Shown: piece after piece, positions 18,657 through 28,776 of the stretch | Numbering within the stretch: position 1 is the first letter of the stretch | Layout: every line of letters begins with the position of its first letter | DNA from: Candidatus Kapaibacterium sp. | GTDB taxonomy: Bacteria; Bacteroidota; Ignavibacteria; Kapaibacteriales; UBA2268 | Assembly: GCA_963665665.1 (NCBI GenBank) | Contig: OY762428.1 | Span: 5,152,001-5,216,000, forward strand | Length of the DNA: 64,000 bases | Direction: 5' to 3' | Notes under the pieces: generated by a model | The model's database searches: none | Seen by the model: only the letters and a program-made list of their open reading frames with translations | What the model was told of the DNA's origin: nothing | Program-made: the position numbers and the translations under genes

Positions 18657-21008
18657 ATGGCAAAAAAAGTTGTAAGCAGGAAAAAAGCAGATAACGAAAA
18701 AGTTGTTGAAGATAAAAAAACTATTAGTATTAAGGAATTTAGCCCGTATATAGCAATTGCGGTTTTTATTTTTACCACAATTGTATTCTTTTGGGGCCAA
18801 TTGAGCGGCGGCAGCTACTTCTGGGAAGATTTTACTGAGTATGTGTATCCGGTTCAGTCTTTTGCAGCAACCGAATCGGCTGGATTTGAAATACCTCACT
18901 GGAATCCTTATACTTTTGTTGGTATGCCTTTCGTGGCTGACCTCCAGGCCGGGTTCTTTTATCCCTTTAACAGGCTGCTTAATTTCTTTGTTACCGACGG
19001 ACACCTTTCTGTCTGGGCTTTGCAGTTTATAATAATACTTCATTTCATTATTGCCCAGGCCGGTTTTTTCTTCCTTGCGCGATCCTGGAAGATCAGCAGC
19101 CTCGGGTCAATGATCTCGGCGGTTTCATGGGGCTTTTCGCTCATGCTTGTGTGCCATGTTATACATCCCATGATAATATATCATCTGGCATGGTTCCCGC
19201 TTGTGGTTATGCTTTTCCGCCAGGGGCTTGAACAGAATTCTTATAAAAAGACAATTTTCAGCGGCCTGATCCTTGGTATGTCCATGCTTTCGGGGCATCC
19301 TCAGCTCACTCTGTACGAAGCATTCTTTATTCTGTTAATGGGATTATGGTATTTTATTTTTAATATTAAGGAAAAGAAAATCTCCGGTTCTGCAATTGGC
19401 TTTTATTTGCTCAGGGCTTTTCTGCCCCTTGTAATTGGCGCAGGAATATTTGCGATTCAGTATATGCCTTCGGCTGAACTTGCCGAGCTTTCGCAAAGAA
19501 AAGAAATGACTTACGAAGCTGCCGGGGAAGGATCTTTGCAGTTCCGTCAGCTTTATACGGCTGTTAATCCCAAACTTTTCGGATTTGTGGATGGAAGTGG
19601 TAAAAGTTCCGTTCCATACCATCTGACAATTGACGGTGATAAGGGCAGGCAGCAGGCTCCATACTATTACTATTGGGAATCAGCATTTTACTTTGGTATT
19701 GCTGCTCTTATCCTGGGACTTTTTGCAGTATCAACTTCGTTAAAAGGAAAATCAAAAATATTTTTACTTTCTGCCGGTATATTCGGGATATTATTTGCTA
19801 TGGGGTCAAACGGGTTTATTTTCCCGATATTTTATAATCTGCCATTCTTTGGAAGCTTCAGGAATCCCTCCAGGATGATGTTCTGGTTTGTGTTTGCATT
19901 ATCTTTGTTTGCAGGTTTCGGATTCGACAGCCTGTGGAAAAATATCGGAAATAAAGCTACTTTTACCAGGCTTCTGATAATTGCAGGTTTTATTTCATTT
20001 CTTGCCGTACTTATGGTTACGGGCGCAATTCCATCGGCATTCGACGTTCCGGATCAGGTTGCATCCGGTGTTGCTTCTGCTTCAACAATAATTTTCATTA
20101 TTGCCCTTGCCATTTCAATTGTTGCAATATTGATAAACAAAAAGATACTGAATCCTTTTGCCGGAGGAATATTACTTGTCGTTATAGTATTCCTCGATTT
20201 AAATTTCGCTGGTGCATCATTTAATCAGAGTGAGAAAAATCCGGCTGATGTTTACAAATTACCTGAACAACTAAAGGCTCAGTTTACACCGCAGTTGCCC
20301 GGAAATATTTTCAGGGTGAACACCAGGATGTATAATCCGTCATATTCTGCCATGCAAAGGAATCAGGGTATGGTTGATAAAATTATGCTGACTGAAGGAT
20401 ACAACCCTTTAATACTTGACAGGGTGAAACCTCCGGTACAAACCAGGGAAGAACTGAATAATATTTATAACGTGAAATACCAGATTGATATCGATCAGGC
20501 AGCAAGGCAGCCTGTTTTCACAGAAAAGAACAATTATTTCCCGAGAGCATGGATGGTTCATAACGCGGAGGTGATAAAATCTGAAGATGTAGAAAAATAT
20601 ATACTTGAGAAAAGGCCGGACCTTCGTAAAACTGCCGTAATTGAAGAGGATCCCGGACTGGAACTGAGCAAAACTCCGGATGTATTTGCCCAGGGAAGCG
20701 CCGAGATTAAGGAATATGATAATAATTATATCAGTGCACATGTTTTATCCGACATGAACGGACTTCTTTGTTTCAGCGAGATTTGGTATCCGGCCTGGAA
20801 AGCCTATGTTGATGGTAAAGAAACAAATATGCTGCGTCTTGATTATTGTTTCAGGGCCGTGCCGGTTCCATCAGGTGATCACGTTGTGGAATTAAAATAC
20901 GAATCAGCAGCTTTTTCCGGCGGGGCAACAGTAACATTAATAACTTTGCTTCTTTCAATTGGCGGCCTGGTTTTTGCTTTTATTAAGCAAAAGGCAAAAG
21001 CTGAATAA
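18657..21008 (+). CDS. YfhO-family GT-C membrane glycosyltransferase-like protein
   Basis: WNPYTFVGMPFVAD..FYP, many TM segments, FRNPSR, C-terminal SEIWYPAWKAYVDG..FRAVPVPSGDHVVELKY; start at MAKK. Confidence 0.85.
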   Translation: MAKKVVSRKKADNEKVVEDKKTISIKEFSPYIAIAVFIFTTIVFFWGQLSGGSYFWEDFTEYVYPVQSFAATESAGFEIPHWNPYTFVGMPFVADLQAGFFYPFNRLLNFFVTDGHLSVWALQFIIILHFIIAQAGFFFLARSWKISSLGSMISAVSWGFSLMLVCHVIHPMIIYHLAWFPLVVMLFRQGLEQNSYKKTIFSGLILGMSMLSGHPQLTLYEAFFILLMGLWYFIFNIKEKKISGSAIGFYLLRAFLPLVIGAGIFAIQYMPSAELAELSQRKEMTYEAAGEGSLQFRQLYTAVNPKLFGFVDGSGKSSVPYHLTIDGDKGRQQAPYYYYWESAFYFGIAALILGLFAVSTSLKGKSKIFLLSAGIFGILFAMGSNGFIFPIFYNLPFFGSFRNPSRMMFWFVFALSLFAGFGFDSLWKNIGNKATFTRLLIIAGFISFLAVLMVTGAIPSAFDVPDQVASGVASASTIIFIIALAISIVAILINKKILNPFAGGILLVVIVFLDLNFAGASFNQSEKNPADVYKLPEQLKAQFTPQLPGNIFRVNTRMYNPSYSAMQRNQGMVDKIMLTEGYNPLILDRVKPPVQTREELNNIYNVKYQIDIDQAARQPVFTEKNNYFPRAWMVHNAEVIKSEDVEKYILEKRPDLRKTAVIEEDPGLELSKTPDVFAQGSAEIKEYDNNYISAHVLSDMNGLLCFSEIWYPAWKAYVDGKETNMLRLDYCFRAVPVPSGDHVVELKYESAAFSGGATVTLITLLLSIGGLVFAFIKQKAKAE

Positions 21009-21056
21009 TTTCTTTATTTATTGGTCTTATTTGAAAATTTTGAAGACAATGAAAAA

Positions 21057-21169
21057 TGTCATCCCCCGATAAATCGGGATCTTCGACTGAGCTCAGCGAA
21101 GGATTCATTCATCAAAAAAATCTGATGGAAAAAATGGATTCTTCAGTAGCAAGCTCCTTCAGAATGACA
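21057..21169. repeat. REP-like inverted pair (TGTCAT...AGAATGACA family)
   Basis: Ends in ATGGATTCTTCAGTAGCAAGCTCCTTCAGAATGACA, similar to 32463-32498; left half carries a CCCGATAAATCGGG mini-hairpin. Confidence 0.75.
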
Positions 21170-21285
21170 TTTGCCAGAGTTCTCATTTTATATTGTAAAA
21201 AATCACAATATAAGAAAAATGAATTTTAAACGAACAGATGATTCAGCTATAACAAATGATTAATTCTTTCATTATTGAGCATTAA

Positions 21286-23184
21286 ATGAAAAGGAAAAAG
21301 CGGAAACAGGATGACGAACTTTTTGAATCCGACTGTGATTTTTCGGAAGAAGAATTGCCGGAGTTGGATTTTGACGACGGGCTTCAAATGATCCACGGTG
21401 AGGAGTTTTCTGCTGCTATTGAATTTTTTAATGAATATATTGAATACTATCCGAACACGCCGGAGGCATACTACAATATTGCTTATGCAAACTATCGGCT
21501 CGGATATTTCAACCTTGCAATTGAATATGCCGAAAAGGCCCTTGAAGCCGATCCTGATTACGCCATTGCATGTAATATGCTTGGATCACTTTACCAGGCA
21601 ACCGAGGATTTTGATAAAGCAGAGCAATATTATTTCAAGGCCATTGTAATCGAACCAGATATGTATGACGCTCAGTATAATCTGGCTCATTTACTTTTTG
21701 AGAATGGGAAATATCAGGATTCAATTAAGGCATTCAATGAATGTATCCGCCTGAACAGGAAAGATGCCGACAATCACTTTTACCTTGGTATGGCATATTA
21801 CAGAATGGAGAGCCCTGATAAAGCGATAAAAGCCTTCGAAAAAACGATAAGCATTGATAAATCATATATCGAAGCTTATAATAATTTGTCTGTTTTATAT
21901 TATTCAGAATCAAGAATCGACAAAGCCCGGGATGTACTTTACAGGCTTCTGAAATATGATCCGGATTACTATGAAGCATACTATAAACTTGGGATGCTTT
22001 ATTATCGGGAAGAACAATACGAAGCTGCAATAAGAATGCTCCAAAGGGCAGTTGAATTAAGGCCCGTCAGTTACGATGCTCATGTTAAACTTGCATTATC
22101 ACTGTATCATAACGGATTATATTACCAGGCGATAAGGAATTTCGAAGAGGCCTTTGAACTTAATAAATCATTCACCGAAGGTAAATTCGAATATGGGGTA
22201 TCGAGTTTTTCGGTTGGGTATTTCGATCAGGCAGTAAGAATATTCGGAGCTTTACTCGCAAATGACCCCGAGAATTACGATATTCTTGTATGGTACGGCA
22301 ATTCACTAATTAGAATTGGCGAATACGAGGATGCAATAAATGTTTTCATAAAAGCCGAATCAGTTGCTGAGGCAAATGCAGCACTATATATATCCATGGG
22401 ATCGGCATATAAACAGCTCGGACGATTTGACAATGCAATCGAATCATATAAAAATGCCTGCGCAGTGGAACCGGATTCTGCCGATTCTTATGTTTCACTT
22501 GGCTCTTTATATATTCATGTTGCAAAAGAAACTGATAATAAAACTTTATACAGGGATGCTATAATAGTTCTCGAAAAAGCTTACGGCCTGACAGGTGGTA
22601 CTTTTGAATCCAGCCTTCACCTTGGTATTGCCTACGACTGCCTTGGGCAATACAATGACGCTATCAAGCATTTTCAGCTTGCCAAGAAGTATAATCGTAA
22701 TTCTGCTGTTGTACTTTATCATATTTCATTATGTCAGGCTCACGAAGGTAATTTTGCTCCGGCAATGAAAAATCTTAAAAAGGTTGTTGAATTAAAACCT
22801 GATCTTATTTCGGCCATTTATCATCTCGGGGTTATCTACACTTATGTTGGCAGGTATGACAGGGCAAAAGACTCCTTACGAACATGTATCAGGATGAAAC
22901 CTGATTTTACTCATGCCTACAACACACTTGGAATAGTTTATCTAAATTCCGAGGAATATGAAAATGCCGCCAGCCTTTTCCGCCAGTGTATAGAAATGGA
23001 TGCTTCCTATGTCGATCCGCTCTACAACCTTGGCGTAACTTATGTTGAAATGGATTGGAAAGTTGATGCAAAAGCTGTTTATAATGAACTTAAGGACAAA
23101 GATAAAGAAAAAGCAGCTTCCCTTCTGCGCCAGATAGAAGGTGGAAAGAAACTGGACCTGATCGATCCTCCAATGCTGGATTGA
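21286..23184 (+). CDS. Tetratricopeptide-repeat protein
   Basis: Many 34-aa repeats (AYYNIA..G..A, AHVKLA, AYNTLG) after an acidic N-terminus. Confidence 0.9.
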   Translation: MKRKKRKQDDELFESDCDFSEEELPELDFDDGLQMIHGEEFSAAIEFFNEYIEYYPNTPEAYYNIAYANYRLGYFNLAIEYAEKALEADPDYAIACNMLGSLYQATEDFDKAEQYYFKAIVIEPDMYDAQYNLAHLLFENGKYQDSIKAFNECIRLNRKDADNHFYLGMAYYRMESPDKAIKAFEKTISIDKSYIEAYNNLSVLYYSESRIDKARDVLYRLLKYDPDYYEAYYKLGMLYYREEQYEAAIRMLQRAVELRPVSYDAHVKLALSLYHNGLYYQAIRNFEEAFELNKSFTEGKFEYGVSSFSVGYFDQAVRIFGALLANDPENYDILVWYGNSLIRIGEYEDAINVFIKAESVAEANAALYISMGSAYKQLGRFDNAIESYKNACAVEPDSADSYVSLGSLYIHVAKETDNKTLYRDAIIVLEKAYGLTGGTFESSLHLGIAYDCLGQYNDAIKHFQLAKKYNRNSAVVLYHISLCQAHEGNFAPAMKNLKKVVELKPDLISAIYHLGVIYTYVGRYDRAKDSLRTCIRMKPDFTHAYNTLGIVYLNSEEYENAASLFRQCIEMDASYVDPLYNLGVTYVEMDWKVDAKAVYNELKDKDKEKAASLLRQIEGGKKLDLIDPPMLD

Positions 23185-23226
23185 TCTATAGTGCTACATG
23201 CTACATTAATTGCTGAATCAGCTAAT

Positions 23227-24588
23227 CTATTCTCGGTTCTTAATATCATTTATTTTGATAAGTTTAAATACTCCGGCGGACACGGTTTCGAAAATAAATT
23301 CTTTATCCAGCCTTTTATATTCCCAAACTTCAAATGATTTCTCTCCGGTAAGCTTTACATCCTTTTTATCCGGTTTGCCATATAGCATGTAAACCTTGCC
23401 CATATCGGTACGTGCGCCGTCATTTACGGCCATAGTACGGTAATTATAGAAAGCAAAATCCGCCCGGCTGAAATATTCAGCCATGGCCTCGTTGTAAGGT
23501 GTATTCTTTGATGGATCGTGGTCGGTCCAGTATGCAAGCAGCTTTGCTACCATTTCATCATCCGATCCTGAATCCATTGCGTCGAATTCTTCTTCGGTCA
23601 GGATATAATACATCAGAGAAACCGCATAGTCCGCTGAGGAACTATAATCAATACTTCTTAAGGATAACGGCATATCAGCCCATTCCACAAGGAATGTATC
23701 ACGCATTACTTCATTTTTACCATCGCGAAAAACGAAAAGGTACTCGCCGGGAACCATTTCCTCTGCAGGCAGTTTCACGAGATAATAACCGTTTTTCAGG
23801 TTGCCGGCATCGCTGCCTTTTACCGAGAATTCGTTATTTGAATAATCTTCAACATTAAGTTCCATCCCGCGGAATATTTCAGCTGATCCCGATAAATCAA
23901 CATTTTCATTCCATTGCAGCAGCTGGCTTACCGAGCGCATTTTACTTACTTCGAAAAATAGCGGGTCAAGCCCTGCTTTCTTGCGTGCGGTAACGATAAT
24001 TGCAGGTCGGGGAGAGGTAAAAGAAATTTTATCCTCAAGTATGAACGGCGTAAAGAAATTTCCAGTCATGGAAACTTCCGCGAAAATCGGCGCTGAATAG
24101 AAATTACCGTCTTTATCAACCTTTGTATTCAGCTTGATCTTTGTCTTCATCAGCTTGTTGCCTGTTTCGCCAAGAACGCTCAGTTCCGGTTTGTAATTGT
24201 CGTTAGGCAGCGTTTTTTCGATATAGCCGCGAATAAATTTGGTTTTGGAGTTAGTTTCCTCAAATTCATCAACAATTGTATTTGAAGAGTGTTTGGATCG
24301 GCTGATAATGATACCGTCGCTGTCGGCAAAGCTGATCTCGACAGTGGTTTCGTTTTTATATTTTTTTTCGTCATCGATCTGTTTGAACGGCAGGGCATCG
24401 TACATAATCCTGTAAAATACGAGAATTTTCACGGAGTCCGGGCTTTCGGAGGGAACAACGTGGGCTTCGGCAAAGAAAGGATCGCCGAAGTTATAATAGA
24501 ACCTGCGGTCTTCGGGCAGATTGCTTTGTGCGAAGATATTCAAAGCGAAAGCAAAGGAGAGGAATGTCAGCAGAATAATTTTTTTCAT
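23227..24588 (-). CDS. GWxTD-domain secreted protein
   Basis: Signal peptide; YWTDHDPSKNTPYNE..EYFSR..GARTDMGKVYMLYGKP..EVWEY. Confidence 0.85.
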   Translation of the reverse strand: MKKIILLTFLSFAFALNIFAQSNLPEDRRFYYNFGDPFFAEAHVVPSESPDSVKILVFYRIMYDALPFKQIDDEKKYKNETTVEISFADSDGIIISRSKHSSNTIVDEFEETNSKTKFIRGYIEKTLPNDNYKPELSVLGETGNKLMKTKIKLNTKVDKDGNFYSAPIFAEVSMTGNFFTPFILEDKISFTSPRPAIIVTARKKAGLDPLFFEVSKMRSVSQLLQWNENVDLSGSAEIFRGMELNVEDYSNNEFSVKGSDAGNLKNGYYLVKLPAEEMVPGEYLFVFRDGKNEVMRDTFLVEWADMPLSLRSIDYSSSADYAVSLMYYILTEEEFDAMDSGSDDEMVAKLLAYWTDHDPSKNTPYNEAMAEYFSRADFAFYNYRTMAVNDGARTDMGKVYMLYGKPDKKDVKLTGEKSFEVWEYKRLDKEFIFETVSAGVFKLIKINDIKNRE

Positions 24589-24951
24589 GAACCTTACCGT
24601 AAATAATTATTTCAATTTTCCTATAAAACGATTCTGTTTGTTTATTATTAACAAATCTATGGAATAATTAGTTACGAACTAAGAAAGATTTTGTTTGGGA
24701 GGGTGGGGGAGATTAGAAAAAAACTCTATTATGTACAAATTCCTCTCCTCCGATTTGTATTCCTGATTAGCTTTGTGTAATTTATTGAAAATTGTACTGT
24801 ATTTTTACCAGGATAAATTATAATACTAATAGTCATTCTTATATTACTGCTCTTATTGCCTCCTGTGATATGTAGAGAACCAGAAATACTAATACTTCCG
24901 GGGATAGCAGTAATGAAAAAAACACATTGCTCACAATCATGAAGGTTAAAA

Positions 24952-25620
24952 ATGAAAAGGAAAAATGATAATCAAACGCGGATCAATTCAGCGCTGAAAA
25001 TTTTTGTTGCTTTTATACTGATTGGCTTTACGCTTGGCGCAACGGGATGTTCGCAGAGGAATGTTTATTCAAGCGGGCTTAGCGAGCCGATGAACTTTTC
25101 CAAAAGAAAAGTGATGTACAGTATGAAATACCTGTTTCCAACGAACCAGCCGGACAGTATTCATGCTAAAGTAATACAAATTGCCAAAAAATTCGACGGC
25201 TATATCGTCGAGCAATCAAACGATTTGACTACTATCAGGATACCTTCGAAAAATCAGATCGAAGCAGTTTCAATTATCGAGGGCATGGGAGAAATTGCTA
25301 ATAAGCAGGTATGGGGAAAGGATGTAACCGAGGAATACCAGGATTTGAATATTAAGCTTGAAACCCTGGAAAAAACCAGGAAAAGATATCTTGAATTGCT
25401 TGCCAAGGCCGAAAATGTTACGGCTACGCTTGAAGTGGAAAAAGAACTGGAACGGGTAAACAAAGAAATTGACCTGATAAAGGGGAGACTTGCAAATATG
25501 ACGCACCTGATAGAATATATTACTATTGAAGTAAGAACTGAAAAACCTGTCAGGCCCGGCCCCATAGGATGGATATTTTATGGCCTTTACAAAGGCGTAT
25601 CCTGGCTTTTTGTATGGTAA
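24952..25620 (+). CDS. DUF4349-family lipoprotein
   Basis: Lipobox-like ATGC; TIRIPS, DVTEEYQDL, coiled coil, C-terminal TM. Confidence 0.8.
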   Translation: MKRKNDNQTRINSALKIFVAFILIGFTLGATGCSQRNVYSSGLSEPMNFSKRKVMYSMKYLFPTNQPDSIHAKVIQIAKKFDGYIVEQSNDLTTIRIPSKNQIEAVSIIEGMGEIANKQVWGKDVTEEYQDLNIKLETLEKTRKRYLELLAKAENVTATLEVEKELERVNKEIDLIKGRLANMTHLIEYITIEVRTEKPVRPGPIGWIFYGLYKGVSWLFVW

Positions 25621-25866
25621 AATAAATAATTTTACCTTGAAGAGGGATATAAAAGAAATGTTATTATTTTAAATCTGCTATCATAATTTTATGATGCTCT
25701 ATAACTGATAATTCGATTTCTTTGTATTCCTGACCTTTCACTTCCGGATTAGATATCTTTGAAACTGAAATAATATCCAACATGCTCAATGAGTTGTGTA
25801 CTCTGGCACGGGCATTGCAATTATATCCCTGACAAATGATTATAAATTTGTAAATAGGGATGAAAT

Positions 25867-26946
25867 ATGGAATTAGAAAAAATAGCCGGAATGAATAAGG
25901 GGATAAAATCATACAGATGGATAATATTATCCGCACTTGTGTTTGTGGTTTTATTAAATTCCTGCACACAGTTGAGGAGCGTAAGGCATTATGCCGGCCC
26001 TTATGTTGTGAAGAAAGAGGCCGGAGGAGTGGAAATACCAACAGATGACGCGAAGGCAATTCAGGTAAACCCTGATGATCCGAAACTTAAACAGAACAGG
26101 GATATACTGGCAAAGCTTGAAGAATTTCGCGAAATGGCTGAAAAACAACAATCCGGGGAAGGCCTGAAACCCGAAGAGGGTCTGCTTGCAACAAGCGATA
26201 ACAGGCCCGTGAAATCGGTTCGCAGAAGGCTGCCGACCCTAAGGGAACAGATGAGGGAAATAGCCGACAAACAGGTTGCAATGGAATCAAGGCTGAATAA
26301 TATCGAAGGAGATATCAGCGATATAAGGGGAGATATTGCGTCAATTAACAGGAAACTTGACAATATTACAACCCGGGACGCAGGAGCTATTGCAGGCGTG
26401 CAGCAAAAAAGGGCAGAGAATCCGAATTATGCTTCCCAGACATTTTTCGATGACGAAGACATTATTCTTCCTGAAGAAATGGAAGAACCAAAAGCAAAAG
26501 CCAAACCGAAGAAAACTGTTAAAACTGATCAGGCTAAAATCCATGATGATCCGAAACCTGCTGCTAACACAAACCAGGAGCAACAAAAGGAAAAACTCGC
26601 GGCTATTGCTAAAAATGTAGAAAGTAAAGATTACAGCAATGCGCTGAATTCATTGAATAAACTTCTGAAAGAATCTGAAAACCCGACAATAATCGTTAAT
26701 TGTCATTACTGGATTGGCGAATCGTACTTCGGACTGGAACAATTCGAAGATGCAATTGAGCATTTCAAGATGGTTGTTGATTCAAAAATACCTGATAATA
26801 AACCGAAAGCCAGGATAATGATAGCGGAGTCTTTGATACGTACCGGAAAAGTTAAGGAAGCAAAGAAGGAATATTCCACGCTTATTGCAAATCATCCGTC
26901 AAGCGAATATGTTCCCGATGCAAGGAAAATGCTTCAGAAACTGTAA
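25867..26946 (+). CDS. CpoB/YbgF-like coiled-coil + TPR lipoprotein
   Basis: LLNSC lipobox, coiled coil, C-terminal TPR HYWIGESYF..AIEHF..HPSSEY. Confidence 0.75.
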   Translation: MELEKIAGMNKGIKSYRWIILSALVFVVLLNSCTQLRSVRHYAGPYVVKKEAGGVEIPTDDAKAIQVNPDDPKLKQNRDILAKLEEFREMAEKQQSGEGLKPEEGLLATSDNRPVKSVRRRLPTLREQMREIADKQVAMESRLNNIEGDISDIRGDIASINRKLDNITTRDAGAIAGVQQKRAENPNYASQTFFDDEDIILPEEMEEPKAKAKPKKTVKTDQAKIHDDPKPAANTNQEQQKEKLAAIAKNVESKDYSNALNSLNKLLKESENPTIIVNCHYWIGESYFGLEQFEDAIEHFKMVVDSKIPDNKPKARIMIAESLIRTGKVKEAKKEYSTLIANHPSSEYVPDARKMLQKL

Positions 26947-26967
26947 TATATATCATTCAAAAATCAA

Positions 26968-27005
26968 AAGCCGATTCGGAGATATAAATTCGTATCGGTT
27001 TTTTT
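26968..27005 (+). terminator. Probable intrinsic terminator
   Basis: AAGCCGATTCG...CGTATCGGTT followed by a T run after the CpoB-like gene. Confidence 0.55.
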
Positions 27006-27050
27006 ATTTCCACTGTAATACCACCTTGTTCTAAAGCAAAGAAAGAAAAC

Positions 27051-27495
27051 CACCCCCTTCCTTCGGACTCATCGGGGCCGGCGGAGGACAGCTAACGTTG
27101 TCATTCTGACCAAGCTTGCGACTGAAGAATCCATCTTTGTTTGCAGATAGTGTATGAAGAATCCACCCCGTCTCGCTGCGCTCGCCACCCCTCAACGAGG
27201 GGAATTTTTCCGGAAATCCACCCCGCCCTTATACTCGCATCTAAGCCCCTGCTTAGATGTGATGTTTTCTTTTTTTCCCAGTGGTATTTGCCTTCCCAAG
27301 CGGGGCTTGGGAAGGAGTATAAAATCAGCCATCCCGAAAGCGGCGTAGCCGCGACATTTTTGTAGAAAGGCGAATCCGGAAAGGACAACACCCCCGTCGG
27401 GGCGGCATTGGCAAAAGATTGTGTCGCTCCTACGGAGCTTTTTGAAATAATGACTGACAAAATATCTACAAAAATTCCGCTCCTACGGAGCTTTT
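27051..27495. repeat. REP-like mosaic, left flank of fold-back copy 2
   Basis: GTCATTCTGA half (27099), 49-mer (27157-27205), CATCTAAGC..GCTTAGATG and CCTTCCCAAG..CTTGGGAAGG hairpins, two CGCTCCTACGGAGCT, and TTTTTGTAGA/TCTACAAAAA inverted ends. Confidence 0.8.
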
Positions 27496-27497
27496 TC

Positions 27498-28157
27498 CCT
27501 TCTTCCGAAGGATCTGGCCGGGGGTAGGTAGGAAGGGTCGGAAGCAAAGCACCAAAGTTTTAACTTATTGCTGCCCTATTCTTCTTCAAAGCCCTTCCCT
27601 TCGGGGAGGGTTTGGGAGGGGTCAGAAGCATTGCACCGATGGTTGAAGATAATGGCGCACTGACCAGAAGCAAAGAAAGAAAACCACCCCTGTATTCCCC
27701 TCCTACATTAGGAGGGGATAAGAAATTAAATATCATAGAATTAACTCCCCCTTCTTCCGAAGGATCTGGCCGGGGGTAGGTAGGAAGGGTCGGAAGCAAA
27801 GCACCAAAGTTTTAACTTATTGCTGCCCTATTCTTCTTCAAAGCCCTCCCCTTCGGGGAGGGTTTGGGAGGGGTCAGAAGCATTGCACCGATGGTTGAAG
27901 ATAATGGCGCACTGACCAGAAGCAAAGCAAGAAAACCACCCCTGTATTCCCCTCCTACTTTAGGAGGGGATAAGAAGTTAAATATCATAGAATTAACTCC
28001 CCCTCCTTCCGAAGGAGGGGGCCGGGGGGAGGTAGGAAGGGTCGAAAGCAAAGCACCGATTGTTTGGGATATTGGCGCACTATTCTTCTTCAAAGCCCTC
28101 CCCTTCGGGGAGGGTTTGGGAGGGGTCAGAAGCAATGCAACGATGTTTGATGATAAT
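27498..28157. repeat. 252-bp tandem repeat (about 2.6 copies) containing three GC-rich hairpins per unit
   Basis: T(T/C)CTTCCGAAGGA recurs at 27500, 27752 and 28004 (period 252 = 12 x 21). Confidence 0.9.
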
Positions 28158-28205
28158 GAACTCTTGGTTGAAGTTATTGCAGCATTGTTTTGCTTTATTG
28201 ATGCC

Positions 28206-28351
28206 TTGGTCGGAGTTATTGATGCCTTGGTCGGAGTTATTGATGCCTTGGTCGAAGTCATTGATGCCTTGGTCGGAGTTATTGATGCCTTGGTCGGAGT
28301 TATTGACGCCTTGGTTGAAGTCATTGACGCCTTGGTTGAAGTCATTGATTA
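28206..28351 (+). repeat. 21-bp tandem array A, copy 2 (7 units)
   Basis: TTGGT units at 28206 to 28332 every 21 nt; degenerate units at 28143, 28164, 28185. Confidence 0.95.
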
Positions 28352-28356
28352 TAATC

Positions 28357-28776
28357 AGTAAGGTCAACCAAGCTGTCAGTAAGGTCAACCAAGCTGTCAG
28401 TAAGGTCAACCAAGCTGTCAGTAAGGTCAACCAGGCTGTCAGTAAGGTCAACCAGGCTGTCAGTAAGGTCAACCAAGCTGTCAGTAAGGTCAACCAGGCT
28501 GTCAGTAAGGTCAACCAAGTGTTCAGTAAGATCAACCAAGTGTTCAGTAAGATCAACCAAGTGTTCAGTAAAGCCAACCAAGTGTTCAATAAGGTCAACC
28601 AAGTGTTCAGTAAAGCCAACCAAGTGTTCAATAAGGTCAACCAAGTGTTCAGTAAGATCAACCAAGTGTTCAGTAAAGCCAACCAAGTGTTCAATAAGGT
28701 CAACCAAGTGTTCAGTAAAGCCAACCAAGTGTTCAATAAGGTCAACCAAGTGTTCAGTAAGATCAACCAAGTGTTC
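28357..28776 (+). repeat. 21-bp tandem array B, copy 2 (20 units)
   Basis: 7 x AGTAAGGTCAACCA(A/G)GCTGTC then 13 x ..AACCAAGTGTTC variants; tail 28777-28984 matches 455-662. Confidence 0.95.

Noticed and set aside
28206-28776. 21-bp arrays as a CRISPR array
   Set aside because: Units are contiguous with no unique spacers, and there are no cas genes in the window.
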